From: Eukaryota sp. GEM-RC1
Taxonomy: Eukaryota
NCBI GenBank assembly: GCA_040285855.1
Contig: JAUFOQ010000006.1
Coordinates: 930,001 to 994,000 of the forward strand
Direction: 5' to 3'
Length of the DNA stretch: 64,000 bases
The notes under the pieces were generated by a model that was given only the letters and a program-made list of their open reading frames with translations, made no database searches and was not told where the DNA came from. The translations under genes were made by a program, and so were the position numbers. Below, in pieces: positions 50,141 through 64,000 of this stretch. Position 1 is the first letter of the stretch. Every line of letters starts with the position of its first letter.

Positions 50141-50964
50141 ATGCTAGAAAACTTTGTTGGATTCCTCGCTACTGCAATATGTATCGTCTCATATCTCAGC
50201 AACATACAACCCCATATCACTGTTAGAAGGACCCGCCAGCGCGTAAACGAGTATGGAAGGTACGGTCTCGGCTTCTTCTCAACTTCAGCAATATTGTAGT
50301 CACGCACTGGCATATGTTTAACAACCTCTTCTACGGATTCCTGATTCTTGATGCGTTTGTGGTGCTCACAAGTGGGGTAGGCCTAATCAGTACATTGTTC
50401 TATCTTCTTACACTACTCTACTATGGATCGGACCCCATGTACATGGAGTACACTCTCATCTCCTTCTACATGTTTGCTCTCGCATTTTTCAGTGTCTACT
50501 CATTTGTTCTTCCTACTGAGTATCGATTCCAAAGTGTACAAATACTCAACATAACGTCACATGCCTTCTGTACCGTGTTTCTCCTTCAACCAATCATAGC
50601 CAGCTTCCGTACCAAGATCAATTTCAATCCCAAGTACTACACCTACTTTAATGCAGTCAATACCTGGTTATGGGCACTTTACGGGTTCCTAAAGCAGGAT
50701 GTTGTTCTGTTGTACCCTCCTCTAGTTCAAGGTTGTCTTAGACTGGTTCAGTGTTGGCAAGTTTATTATTATTCCTCAATTGGTCCCAGTGAAACCAGTG
50801 ATGAAGCACCTTCTACTGTTGATCCTGACGTTCATGTCCAATCTGAAGTCGCCTTTGATGATGCTGATGCTTTGTCTATTATTGAACGGTCTATATCTGC
50901 CGTTAGTTTGTCAATGTTGGAGGAATCAGATTTTGGATATGGTAGTGCTGTGGTTAAGGTTTAA
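50141..50964 (+). CDS. SWEET/MtN3-like sugar transporter paralog, one intron
   Basis: Close paralog of 46825-47657 with a 29-nt intron at 50260-50288. Confidence 0.75.
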
Positions 50965-52362
50965 GCACGTATACTAGAGTAGTAATAGATTGATTTCGAT
51001 TTACACTAATTGATGTGTAAAATATTAGGATAAATACTCGACTAAACTGTTTGATTGTCTCAAATTTTCATCCTTGATCAAGTCTTTAGGGAGAGAAGGC
51101 CAGTGTCCAGTTGTGATTTCATAGTTTATGCCATTGTCTAATAGTTCAGTATCACTCTCAGCTAGATTTGTGTAGTCAAATAATCGACTAAGTTGAGTGG
51201 AGTGGAGTCGACTACTGTCCATTTCAAGTCGAGTCGAGTCGACTCATAGCCTTTATCAAATACCATTTAAATTACACCAGTTTATGACTATTGTCAGCTG
51301 GTTTTGTAGGTGATGATGCGAAATTGAGATAACAATTTGAGTAGCCCTCTAAATATGACTCAGAAGTCAAACTCAGTCGACTCCGCTCATGAGTCCAGAC
51401 TACAACATTTGTAGAGAGGAGACCAGGCGAGTCGACTCAAATGAATTTCAAGTCAACTCGTACACTGGTCTACTCTCGGCAAGTTTCTTTGATTCAGCAA
51501 ATACACTGATATATTGAAGACTTGGAATATTTGCATTGTCATAATTATTCTATTTGTATTCTTATTTTTTTAAAAGGCAATGAAATATTGCAAGTATATC
51601 TCATTTACTGCAAGTAACTAAGTTATTAATTGGTTCAAGATGTACATCAACCATTTCTGCTCTTTAATCAAAAGAGGCCTCAACACGATGTTCCGTTTGT
51701 AAGCAACACTAGTCTTCCGAATACATTGTACTCAGTAGTAAGTAAACGGGGCATATTTGTACTGAAAACTATCAATTATAGTGAAAAATATATTGTAGTT
51801 GATTGCACCGCTAGATGTAAACCACTTGAACCATGTCAATGAAATCCATTCGCTGCCTTTGCTTGAATAAATAGTCTTCCCACTTCTAAAGCAGTCGGCT
51901 GCATTTCTGAATCTGTCAGAAAGAACCATTCTAGTACAAAGATCGATTATCCGTATGTAAAAGTAACATTGAAATCTTTATGAATTAGGCAAAGTGATTT
52001 ACGACCTCTTCGTCCGATAGCAAACAGTGTATTTTCTATTCATTTTGGCATGTGAAACATCTGCAATAATCGCAATTAATTACTCAACTAATTACAATAG
52101 CTCTGTCCAAGCCACTATGTTATTTTCATTAGTACATTGGTAAACAATTGGATCGGCAATTAAATTGTTCCGGGTATTGGATGTGTAAGTTCAGAAACTG
52201 GCCAAATAGCTAGGTTTGAACAGTATACATTGAACGATTCAATCATGACTGTGCTTATGATCAAAGCGTTTGTTAAATCTCATTTTCAAGACTGTTCTGA
52301 AATCGTTTAACAAGTACCAAACAATCTTTGCTAGACGAAAACATATCAACACAGCTCAAACA

Positions 52363-52545
52363 GTGAGAAAGCTAAAGTGTTGAGTGTTAACTGTGATAGT
52401 CTTTGTTTGTGTGCTGAAACTGCCAATGCATTTGTTCAACACTTAATGAAGTTCATCACTGCTGGAAGTGAAGTGAACACAAATGTTGTTTTCCAAATGG
52501 TTGATGAACATTTGAATGATTTGTTGTATGGTTGCTGGTTTTATT
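52363..52545 (+). pseudogene. Fragment duplicating the 3' end of the kinase gene at ~11139-11318
   Basis: Near-identical sequence GTTAACTGTGATAGTCTTTGTTTGTGTGCTGAAACTGCC... Confidence 0.8.
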
Positions 52546-53214
52546 TTAATTAATATGGTATTTCAACACATTTAAACTATAAATTATCTAACATTAATGC
52601 TCCCATTAAAACCGTTTCAGTAAGTTGGATAGTATGTAATTAACAGTATGTAAAAATCATTAATTTCATCTTTATATAGTTCAACTCCAAAACAATATGT
52701 GACTACCACTTCTTTAGCAAACCCAAGAACAGCTTTTAACGATTGCTATAAATGGTGGGTAGTAGGACACACTCCCAAATTTGTAGATCCAAAATGCTAA
52801 TTGAAGAACATTATATACTCCAGCAACGACATTTCGTTTTAGAATATATAACTCATCAACTACGTTTTGAGTACTTTTTCTAATTCCTGTAAGAATACTT
52901 GAATAGTACAGTTGATCTTTGGCAGTTTTGCTTTGTTTGACCATTAGAAGGTGTCAGAATGTTCTTCAGCAAATCAATCACAAATTGTTGTTTTTAAAGT
53001 GGCATCGGATGCAACATCATACATCGAATAGCAAATGTCTGGTATACTCCAGCAGCCAGCCCAACAGCCACCCCTGTGCAGAATGAAATTGCATGTTTGT
53101 GGTGCTTCAAAGCCTACTTCACTTCGTCACATTGTTAATTGCCCCAAATTTATTCATGCGAGATCTGTTCTTCACAACAGTATTCGTGATCAATGTCTTT
53201 CTTTATTTGAATAA

Positions 53215-53835
53215 AACGGATTTCATGGTAAAATTGAACCTCTATTGTCCGCATTTTTCTGATTGTTTCATTCGTGATAGGAGTAGTGGTCCACGGTTAA
53301 ATTGTGAAGAAGCTGTTATGGATTTCACCACTGTGGATCCATGTAATGATTCTGCTAGTAGCAAAATATCAAAGGATCAATTTTCACCTTTGAATAATGC
53401 AGAAAATACGAAAGGTCTTCGTTATTGTGATTCTATTTCTAAATCGAATTCACAAAGACATAATCCTTTGGTGTTTCAACCATTCGGTATTTCAATTTAT
53501 GGGAACTTGGGTTCTGTAGCTCAAACGTTTTTGACATCATTTATTCAATTGTGTTGTGAATTTGGCAAGAAGTTTAACATTAGTTTTTGGAGGGATCGTC
53601 TCGTTGTTTCTATATTTCGTTCAATGTTTCAGTATTTCGACGGAATATTGAAGAAACTCTTTGAGGTTCAAGACCATGTCATGGAAGTGTTTTGATAATT
53701 TTGTTTAAGTCTTTAGATTCCATATATCTTTAAGACATAAAAAATTTTTATGTATGTCTTTGTTAGAAAAAATTTTCATGTTGGAATATCGTTTTGTATA
53801 TAGCTAAACGTTAACAATAACATAATAACAATCAC
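53215..53835 (+). mobile_element. 3' remnant of an RLE-type (CRE-like) non-LTR retrotransposon
   Basis: DFTTVDP...AENTK..RY...FQPFGISIYGNLGSVAQTFL...FWRDRL resembles a restriction-like endonuclease C-terminus. An (AAT/AAC)-rich tail lies near 53811-53833. Confidence 0.6.
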
Positions 53836-53951
53836 CTAATCTTCAATTAAATGTACAAGGTGGATCAGAATTAAAAATTTCAAAACAACACACGTGTGTT
53901 ACTCTGGGAAATGAATTCCAAAAGAATTTCAACTTTAAGATTCTTACATGG

Positions 53952-54067
53952 CTGTGAATTTCATTCCAAATGCATAAGGGCATAACCCTTCACATTTTCA
54001 TGAGATAAACCACAGTTGACAAAGTCCTCATTCGCAAAGTCTTTTAAGACGAGCTAACTTCATAGAT
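53952..54067 (-). ncRNA. Candidate Fanzor omegaRNA scaffold (copy 2)
   Basis: Identical to 21804-21919. Terminal hairpin at 53952-54015. Confidence 0.75.
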
Positions 54068-56950
54068 TCAAGATTCCTGATCTTTCTGGTTTACGTGTGA
54101 GTCCTTGGGTACATATTTCTTAGGCTTATTTGGACAAGTTGCTCTGTTATGCCCAGGTTGAAAACATATACCACACTTGTTAGGACCTCTGACTTTTGTT
54201 AGAGGACGCTTTGCCTTACCCTTACCCTTACTCACAGTCTTTTTCTTAGGAATCTGATCTGTATTCCCGCCATCCACGACAGGTGTTGTTTGAGATTTTG
54301 GTCTCTCGAGGATGGCAGGTCTACCTTGACCTTGAATTGTTCCATTTACAATATTGTAAATATTGATAGCAGAATTGAAATCTCTATTCCAGAGGACATG
54401 ACATTTAGCACATTCAACTAAGCCCCATGGTGAGACTTTGTTGTTCTTCAATCTTTCTTTCGAAAATGTCAACTGGTCTGTCCATTCTTCATCAAAGTTA
54501 CGCTCCACAATATTGTCTAATTGATTGTGTTCAATAATTTCCTTTTTTAATTCTTTCTCTTCCTTCTGTAACTTCTTCTTCCAATTAGGATCAGTGACTT
54601 TGATCCTTTCAGGATTGGAACAGATACCTTCGTCATTTCTGGAAACACATGCAGAGCAACATTTGCTGGTCTTAAATTCATCAACTAGGAACACTTTAAA
54701 TCCAAATTTTCTCAATAATTTCCGAATTGAAGCACCTTTTACAGTCGATGCTTTACCTCTTCTTCGACGAAAAGCAGTGTCGTTCCAGTCTCCATACCCA
54801 ACAACGACTTCATCTGGGTTTCCAAACTGGAGAGTAAATCTGTGAAGCATGTTTTTCTCACTTCGTTCCTTTCTTGAATACTGTGTTAAGCGTCTACGTC
54901 TAAACCACTTTTCTTCGTAAATTCCTTCAGTATTTCTTTGATCAGTAGTGGGTGATCGTAATAAAGAACAGGTAATTTCTTTACCAAGAACAAAAGCAGA
55001 ATACTGAGTCAATTCACAAGATTTACTACCTGGCGAGTTAGAGCCCCATTGATCTAAAATTTGTTGCCCATTTATGTCAATGCGTCTGCCATCTGGAATG
55101 TGAATAAATTGGGTAGAGTATTGTTGTAACCGTTCAGATTCAGATAAACGGTGGAGATTATATCGTCTTATTTTCTTCTCCAGCTTCCTCTTCTTTCTCT
55201 TAGCTCTTTTTCTTTCCTTCCTTGTTTTTTTCTTTTCCATGGAGACTTTTTAATATCGGCATTGCGCTCCCCAGCAGTGTATCTGAATACTTTCCAATCA
55301 TCACGATTTTTCAACTTGACAGTTGATGGTTTGTCAATAGTAGGTGCGTCTTTCCAATCCTTCAATTCCTTTTTTAATTTTTTCAAGCTTCCTTTTTTCT
55401 TTGATGATTTTGGAGAAATCTTTCTTCTTCTGATTTTGGCTGATGTATCGAAACCTTCGATTTCCTTTTCCTCCTTAGATTTTAAAGAAGCACAATACAT
55501 CAAATCATGCTGATTAGGATCAATAGCAACAATTCTTTTGGATTTCAAATTTAAGTTTTGAATTTCTGTGGAACTCAAAGAATCAATGTACCTTTCAGTA
55601 GCTGTGTAGTCAACTGCTTTCACCTTCTTATGAGGATTTCCTCTCACATCAAGCAGATCTTTCCGCATCATCATTAAATTACAGCTAACTCCATCTGTAG
55701 AAATAGAACTGTATTTGAAGTCATGAGACAATGACTTTGGAAGACACTTTGGTTTCAAAACTGAGTGCCAAATATCTTTTCGAACGTCATCAAAGCTACC
55801 TTTAATTTCTGATGCATAAACTTCTTTAAACCATGTAGTATCCAACCTAATATGATTAGGAATCAATGATTTTGTCAGAGGAAAAGGATTATTGGCAGTA
55901 ACACCAGTACAAGAGTCTTCAACAAGACGTTTCAAATACACTGCATGACTTAAGAATTTCAAAGGATCTACTTTTTCAGCATAATAGATTGTTTTTTCCA
56001 TTTTACCTTCAAAAAAAGTAAACAAATAGTTAAAAAATAGTAAACTCAGTCTAGAATTGGGATCAGGAAACACTTCAACATCTTGAAAATTAATTTTTGA
56101 AATTTCCCCATTAATGATCAACTGTCTGACTTCATTAAGCTTTGTACACAACTCTTGTCGTTGATTCTTATCAGTAAGCTTGTTAAGTCTATCTTTTTCA
56201 GGGTAACCAAATTAAATACCTGAAAAACATATTCGTGAAAGTGTTCACTCATGTTAGTCTTGTAATTCGTTATAATTTCAGTAGCCATGTAATGCAATAT
56301 ACGAGATAAACGATGACTACTGGGAAACACAATCCTATCAAGTCCAACAGATCGAGCAGCTAGTTCTAAACGAGGAATGTAATGCATCAAGAAGTGTTGA
56401 GCAAACTGATTTTGAGTTGAGGCCTCATTTGGTTTAGAAGTTATGTTTGTTAACGATTCTTGTACAGTCCTAATATGATTCTGATTGTTTACAAGTTTGT
56501 GGTCCCTAATCGTCATCATAGACAACACTTGTTCCATTGATTTCAACGTAAAAAAATTCTTCCAGTATGGCAATTCAATTTTGGCAGTTTGAATTTTAGT
56601 CCAAAGGTCAGGTTCAGGTTTAGGTTCATCACTCGCATCTTCAATATTTTCTAATTTAACAGGAGGAGTAGCAGCATGGATAGACTCTGAAGGTACATCT
56701 GTTTCTTCTTCAGTTGACTCATCTGTATCAGAATTCATTTCTTCCTTAACAGTTACATTTGGAACAGTAGCAGGCAGTAACTTCTGAATGTAACCTAAAA
56801 TACCTGAATGGTGAAAATTATGAACAAAAAATGTTTCAAAAAGAGAGTACTACGGACTCTTACTTGATGAGCTCTCTTAACACGAGATTCAATAAATTTA
56901 ACCTTCGCTTTGGATACAACATTGTCCAGTCGTTTCTTAACCACTTTCAT
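54068..56950 (-). CDS. Fanzor1, copy 2 (three -1 frameshifts)
   Basis: Same motifs as copy 1. RuvC-II, zinc finger, RuvC-III and knuckle lie in one 390-aa ORF. Confidence 0.9.
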
Positions 56951-59311
56951 TGGTGACTTTGAACGTAATGTTTGTTTTTTGGGATCCAATAGGTCAGCCA
57001 ACAAGTACTCAATCAGAGGTAATTGTTGAATTGAGTTCATCAACAATAGCGGTCTTGTCGATTCCTTGGCCCAAAGTTCATTTACTTTCTCCAAATTTCT
57101 TACAAATTTCTTTTTAATCTTATCGACCTTCACTTTGGGATTGTCTGGAACTAAAACATTAATACTGTCAATTATGCCATGCAAGTTTTGGACATTATTG
57201 ATCAATTGAACTTCATCAGGATCAGAGTCATGATTAAGTTCTTCCAAGCGTTTGACAGTTTCATTTTTAGAAAAATTATTCATTTCAAGAAAAATTTGAA
57301 CAACATTTTCCAAAAAACGGCCACCAGTAAAGACATAAAAATTCTTCAGTACAGCATTCAAATCGAGACTAAAAAACGGACCAAAAGTTGTTTCCTTACA
57401 CCATTTGTTGAACCAAAAGGGAATATAGGGTTTAAATTCTGGAAAAGTAAACGTTGTATTGATTTTGAGGACTTGACAACGTGATACAAGAAAGGGAAAT
57501 GTATCTAAGTGAAAGTCATAACTCACAAACAATCGTGGACAATGTTGAGTAATGAAGGAGATGAAGTTTTTAAGCATACTGGATTCACTATCTGAAATAT
57601 GTAAAGTACACAAATCCAAATTTGTAGTCTCAAAATTGCCATAAGAAAATAAGTGTTTTTCATTAAACTCATTGTGATCAATGATCTGGATGGAAATTGA
57701 TACAATCGGATCAACAGAAGAATCACGTTTAACTTCTAATTGATCTTCAGCTTCACCTTCAACAGTTTCAATGTCATCATCATCTTGAACAAGTTGAACA
57801 TTATTGCCATTAATTCTTTCTTTTTTGGCAAAATCACTTTGAACATGAATTAAACAAAAAGTTGGCAGATTGTTCCAAAGTAAAGGGGAATTAAGAAAGA
57901 CTTGAACTTGTATTTCTTGTTCGATAGGCTCAGTATGTAGATTTACTTCCATTTTATGGATTTCTTCTTGAATTGGCGATGGATACGACATAATGGAGGC
58001 CTGTGATTTTGGTGGTAGTTCAGATGGTGGTACTTCAGATGATTCCAATGTGGACATACGGCGGTGAGTCTTTCGTATTGGAGTGTCACCAGTTGAAACA
58101 AGGGAGCTGGTAGTTCTAAATTTATTTCGTTGAATTAAAGGTGATCCTCGTGGTGATGGAATATCAGAAATTTTGGCCTTTCTTTTTTTAGTGCTTAAAC
58201 CAGTAGATGCTTTAGTGCTAGCAAGACGCTTACCTGAGATTGGTGACGCAGAAACACGCGACAACTCAACAGGACTAAAAGTTTCAAAATGTTCCAAAAT
58301 TTTACTTCGAGACTCGTGAACAGCAATAGTGGTATTACCCAGCAGTTCTTTAACATCAGTCCACCTTATGACCACAGATTGATCTAAATTCATTAAAAGA
58401 TCAATGTATTCGAGAACACAAAAACCAGAGTCAGTTAGAGTATGTTTGATATTTGATGGAATAAATTCTATATTTCTGGTTTCACACATTGACAACACTG
58501 AATAAATTTTTGACACAATTGTAAATAAATTGGAGGAAGATGGTGCAACTGGCATTTGGTTAGCAGGAAATTCTCTGGCATAATCATCCTCAACGTAGGT
58601 CGGATCAATGAATAAAATATGACTTGTAGGAGATGAAATGATCAGAATAATTAAACCCCAATGACGACCATCAGCAGTAAGATCACACATTGCACTATTG
58701 ACAGGAACAAGTAGCATTTGTTGGTTGTTATGACCACATTGGAAGAATTTCTGCGTCAAAAAATCTGAAAATGGATATTTATTATAGGGTTGGTCACCAT
58801 ATAATAACGGATATAAATCAGTTGGCCCAATTACATAGTCATAAAAGATTAAACCTGTTGATTCCACAAGTATTTTGGAATATTTGATGAACAATTGATC
58901 GTCAACATAAGTAAACAATTTTTGAATCTGTTTACGGAGATCTGCAGCATTAAGTTCAATGTTAACTTGGATTAAAGCACGTTCAATAGAGATCAAAGAT
59001 AGATTGATGCCATCCCTTGAAATGAGTTCAACAAATTTTTGAATATAACCAATAACATAAATACCACAGTCATTAGGAGTCTGTGTCTTGGTGATGTTGA
59101 CCCTCTGTACGTTCAATGTCACTTTCCTACATAATTCATCTACAACAGAACTTAGATAAGAAGAACCAACAATTGGATCCACAAATATCGCGTTGTTTTC
59201 CGCACAGTCTATTACCATTAGACCCCAATGAACTCCTCCAGATCCACCTGTTGTATTCATAGCATCGTTGAGAGGAACAGCGAAGTATCTGGTGCTTCTC
59301 TCCCGGGCGTC
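56951..59311 (-). CDS. Ulp1/C48 protease region, 5'-truncated, in frame with the Fanzor N-terminus
   Basis: The 821-aa ORF 56795-59260 contains HWGL/DCG motifs and ends in MKVVKKRL...STLFLKHF. Confidence 0.85.
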
Positions 59312-59804
59312 TCTCCCGGGTGTCTCAATGATGATACTTGTTTATTTTTGAAACATTTACATTTGCTGATCAATAGTTTTGCTTGTTTAGTTGGTATATT
59401 ATTTTGTCACAGTTCTCGATCTTCTACAACTTTATTAATTCCTGTACTCCTCCAAAGTTCACTTTATGATGATGGTCATTTAAGATTTGTTTATTTTAAA
59501 AAGATTGAGGATAAATTGTTGCTATTACTTGAGGACAATGATTATTATCTATCTGTTTCAAAGTTTGTTTTGATTTTTGTTAACATTGTTTTAGCAAAAG
59601 GTAATTGTAATGATTATACTGAAGTTGTCAATTTGTTTAGTTTTATTTTAGAACGAAGTGATTTTGTTGACTTGAAACATGTTTTGACTTGGAAAATGTC
59701 AGGAAATGATGAGATTGATGTGGAGAATTTATGTGATGAGTTGTTGCAGTTTAATGATAGTGTAGTGAAGTATGTTTGTAAGTATTTGTGTAAGTAGATA
59801 CATA

Positions 59805-60040
59805 TTGTTACACATCTTGTATTACACATCTTGTATTACACATCTTGTATTACACATCTTGTAAAACACATCTTGTAAAACACATCTTGTAAAACACATC
59901 TTGTGTTACAAATGTTGTATTACAGATCTTGTGAAACACATCTTGTAAAACACATCTTGTAAAACACATCTTGTGTTACAAATGTTGTATTACAGATCTT
60001 GTGAAACACATCTTGTATTACAGATCTTGTGAAACACATC
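59805..60040. repeat. 14-bp minisatellite (copy 2)
   Basis: Equivalent to 38597-38846 with a slightly different unit count. Confidence 0.95.
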
Positions 60041-60054
60041 CAGTCTTGTATCTA

Positions 60055-62388
60055 CATCCACATTTTCTTCATCCAAACTCATATCCACAACGAAGCCACA
60101 CTCTGTTACTTCTCGTTCTTTAAGAGTTATGTGACTCCCCAAACTGAAGGCTAGTGACATTTGCTGAAGACATACACCCGATACACATGTTAAATGCCAT
60201 ATTGTTACCCCTTGGTCTTTGATTCTCCTTCTTGTATAATAAACAGCTAGTGTCTCGTTTGCGTATCGTCGTTGCATATCTTTTATATGACAACATCAAG
60301 ACATGACAATTCTAATCCCAGTCAAACAGACTTACGCGTACTCTTTATTGTTTGGTCAATCCACTGCTTTACACTTCTCGCCAAACTTATCGGAAACACA
60401 TTCACTCTTTTCCTCTTTTAACATTTTGTGTTGATTCTATTGGAAGACGGTGCTAGATGTATTAGTTAGTCGCTGAGTAATGTCGCTGAGTAATATCATA
60501 ATAGTTGGAAAGTAAGATTTGATCTATAAACAAGAAGACATAGATGTTAAAACGAAGTTTACTATTACAAAAAGAAGTCAGAGATGATACATATAAACAT
60601 ACAAACACACATCCTCCATCACTACTACTGGTGTGATATAGAAAATTCTTGCATATGAATCGTATGGAAGGACAAATGTTCACAGAATCAATATAAAAGG
60701 ACTTGAAGTCGTGAACTGCGGAAATGTGAGATTGTAATACCCCGACTGAAATACAGTCCCTGGACAAAGTCATAGTTTGAAGTGAAAGAGAAATTTGATG
60801 AAGACCAAGTTTCCCTGCGCTCAAACAATCCATCAACTCAATGGCACCAACCTCTTTACACAACATCAATCTCACAGATGACCAACGTGAGATCTTTAAC
60901 GCAATCACTACCAGCAGACACAACTTCTTTGTCACTGGTGGTGCAGGATCAGGAAAATCTTATCTTTTACATGCTCTCAAATACTGGTGGAATAACGCAG
61001 GATCTCGTCTCATGCGTGCTAATGGTGAAATCTTCTTCACTGCAACAACTGGGGTTGCCTCAACTGTTTTTGGTGGACAGACCATACACTCACTGTTTGG
61101 TTATAAGTTTATGAAAGAAGAAGAATCCATACATGATGTTATCAAATGTATGCCATCAAATGTCAAAATTTTGTTAAAAAATATTACTCCAAAAAATACA
61201 ATGTTAATCATTGATGAAATTCATCCACATTTTCTTCATCCAAACTCATATCCACAACGAAGCCACACTCTGTTACTTCTCGTTCTTTAAGAGTTATGTG
61301 ACTCCCCAAACTGAAGGCTAGTGACATTTGCTGAAGACATACACCCGATACACATGTTAAATGCCATATTGTTACCCCTTGGTCTTTGATTCTCCTTCTT
61401 GTATAATAAACAGCTAGTGTCTCGTTTGCGTATCGTCGTTGCATATCTTTTATATGACAACATCAAGACATGACAATTCTAATCCCAGTCAAACAGACTT
61501 ACGCGTACTCTTTATTGTTTGGTCAATCCACTGCTTTACACTTCTCGCCAAACTTATCGGAAACACATTCACTCTTTTCCTCTTTTAACATTTTGTGTTG
61601 ATTCTATTGGAAGACGGTGCTAGATGTATTAGTTAGTCGCTGAGTAATGTCGCTGAGTAATATCATAATAGTTGGAAAGTAAGATTTGATCTATAAACAA
61701 GAAGACATAGATGTTAAAACGAAGTTTACTATTACAAAAAGAAGTCAGAGATGATACATATAAACATACAAACACACATCCTCCATCACTACTACTGGTG
61801 TGATATAGAAAATTCTTGCATATGAATCGTATGGAAGGACAAATGTTCACAGAATCAATATAAAAGGACTTGAAGTCGTGAACTGCGGAAATGTGAGATT
61901 GTAATACCCCGACTGAAATACAGTCCCTGGATAAAGTCATAGTTTGAAGTGAAAGAGAAATTTGATGAAGACCAAGTTTCCCTGCGCTCAAACAATCCAT
62001 CAACTCAATGGCACCAACCTCTTTACACAACATCAATCTCACAGATGACCAACGTGAGATCTTTAACGCAATCACTACCAGCAGACACAACTTCTTTGTC
62101 ACTGGTGGTGCAGGATCAGGAAAATCTTATCTTTTACATGCTCTCAAATACTGGTGGAATAACGCAGGATCTCGTCTCATGCGTGCTAATGGTGAAATCT
62201 TCTTCACTGCAACAACTGGGGTTGCCTCAACTGTTTTTGGTGGACAGACCATACACTCACTGTTTGGTTATAAGTTTATGAAAGAAGAAGAATCCATACA
62301 TGATGTTATCAAATGTATGCCATCAAATGTCAAAATTTTGTTAAAAAATATTACTCCAAAAAATACAATGTTAATCATTGATGAAATT
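60055..62388. repeat. 1167-bp tandem duplication containing a truncated PIF1 5' half (60841-61221)
   Basis: ORF pairs are offset by 1167 nt (60841/62008, 60462/61629). Junction GATGAAATT|CATCCACAT at 61221/61222. Confidence 0.92.
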
Positions 62389-64000
62389 TCAATGTTATCC
62401 TCCAATTTGTTTCAACGGGCGAGTGACATTTTGGGCGAACTTATGCACACGCAAAAATGTCACTCTCCGAAGAAACCATTTGGAGGAATTCAGATAATTT
62501 GTTTTGGGGACTTTCTTCAATTAGCCCCTGTTGTGAAAAGTCTTGATGGAAAAGGAAATCGAAAAGTGGTAATTTCTGATTTCGCTTTTTCATCAAGAGC
62601 TTGGAACAATTTAAATTTTAAATATTGTGAACTGGCTGGAAGTATTCGTCAGCAATCAGACTCAAAATTTTTTAATTTTCTAAATCAATTGAGATTGGGT
62701 CTGTTAGATAATTTTATGAAATCAATTCTGCGTACTCATTTCGAAACAGCAGAATCTGTTGAAAACCCAACAATTTTATACGGAAAGAATACTGATGTTG
62801 CTAGAGAAAATTTTAAACAATTCAAACTTCTGGCCAAAATTCAGATTCCATTGAATTTGTAGCTGTTGACAAATTCAATGAATCTGAATTAAAATCTCAA
62901 ATCAGAAAAAGAAGTTCTAGATTTCCAGTCAATGAATCTAATTTGGAAAAATATTATGACATTGAAACTTCTGTGCTGACAAGTCGCTTGGATGACTTTG
63001 CTGAAAAAAAACTAGAATGCGTTGTGGGTGGACAAGTGATGTACACTCAAAATAAGCCTGAACTTGGACTAGTTAATGGTTCAAAAGGAGTTATTGTTAA
63101 TTTTTCAGATTCATATATTGATGTTCGGTTCAACGCTGAAGCAGAACCGAAAAGAATCAGTCAGTCAAGGTTTGCTATCGAACACTTGAACGAAATCGGA
63201 AGACCTGTTCAAGTGGCGAAAAGAATTCAGTTTCCGCTAAGACCTTGCTGGGCGATAACAGTGCATCGATCCCAAGGTTTAACAATTGACGGGATTGAAG
63301 TTGCTATCCAGTTTTGGGAATATGCCCAACTTTATGTGACCTTAAGTAGGGTTAGGTCTTGGAGGAGTTTAAAGATTTTAAGTATTGGAAGAAGTTATCC
63401 GGTACCAAATTTGGAATTGTACCAATGGTATTATTCAACTTTTCATCCTGTTAAACCATCCACTATTGATTTGTATGTTTTGGGAAATCAACATTGTCTT
63501 CAACGAGATTTCAATCATTTTAATTCATTGTTTGCAAACTTTTGTGCAGAATCGAGTGAACCAATTATGGATGATGTTGTTGTTCCTGAAATTGTTCATT
63601 GTGTTGATGAAGTTGTTGTTGATAATGTTGATGAACAAATTATTGAAAATAATGATAATCAAATTATTGACTTTGAAAAAATCGTTTAAATCATTTAGAC
63701 AAATCAAATTTATTTGAAACAGAAGCTGTACTATCAGGATCCGATTCTGGTGATGAATCTGATAGTGATACAATTTCAACAAGTTTAGATGATTTTGTTG
63801 TAAATGATGAACTTGAAGAAGATGAAACTAATATTCCTCCCAAATTTATTAATTGTGACTCAATTTTTAACAAAAATTCCCCAGAGATTGGTGTCAATAA
63901 GTCTAAACTTCCTCAGTTACCACGAAGCAACATTACTCTACCATCGCTTCCCCGTTTGAAGAAAACCCCTTTACCAACGAAGAATTTATTATTAAAAAAG
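62008..64000 (+). CDS. PIF1-family helicase, copy 2 (runs off window)
   Basis: Near-identical to 39648-41650, with the same two frameshifts. Confidence 0.92.

Larger units (their letters stand above)
53952..64000. mobile_element. Large Fanzor1 element, copy 2 (internal deletion, tandem duplication, cut by window edge)
   Basis: 53952-59311 matches 21804-27169. 59321 onward matches 38113 onward. Confidence 0.9.

Noticed and set aside
51170..51480. GAGTC/GACTC-rich stretch as a MITE
   Set aside because: TIRs and a target duplication could not be defined.

Overview
AT-rich eukaryotic (protist-like) DNA with very short GT-AG introns (29-32 nt), many decayed paralogs and several MITEs. Host genes include BTB, LRR, kinase, cyclin, an SLC6/NSS transporter, a double hemerythrin and two SWEET-like transporters. 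The dominant feature is a ~21.5-kb mobile element (21804 to about 43260). A second, internally deleted and partly duplicated copy starts at 53952 and runs off the window. The element encodes three long products: (i) a [repeat leader]-2A-Ulp1/SENP8-like protease x2-Fanzor1 (TnpB-like RuvC)-Zn knuckle polyprotein; (ii) a [repeat leader]-2A-DEAH helicase polyprotein; (iii) a PIF1 helicase between 14-bp satellite arrays. Both copies end at the same base, after a conserved structured ~116-nt segment (candidate omegaRNA), and have different flanks, hence different putative guides. No transposase, HUH Rep or integrase was recognised. The element's reading frames are broken by single-base frameshifts, five of them shared by both copies, which may be recoding or assembly error. 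A decayed CRESS-virus-like capsid gene and an RLE non-LTR retrotransposon 3' remnant are also present.
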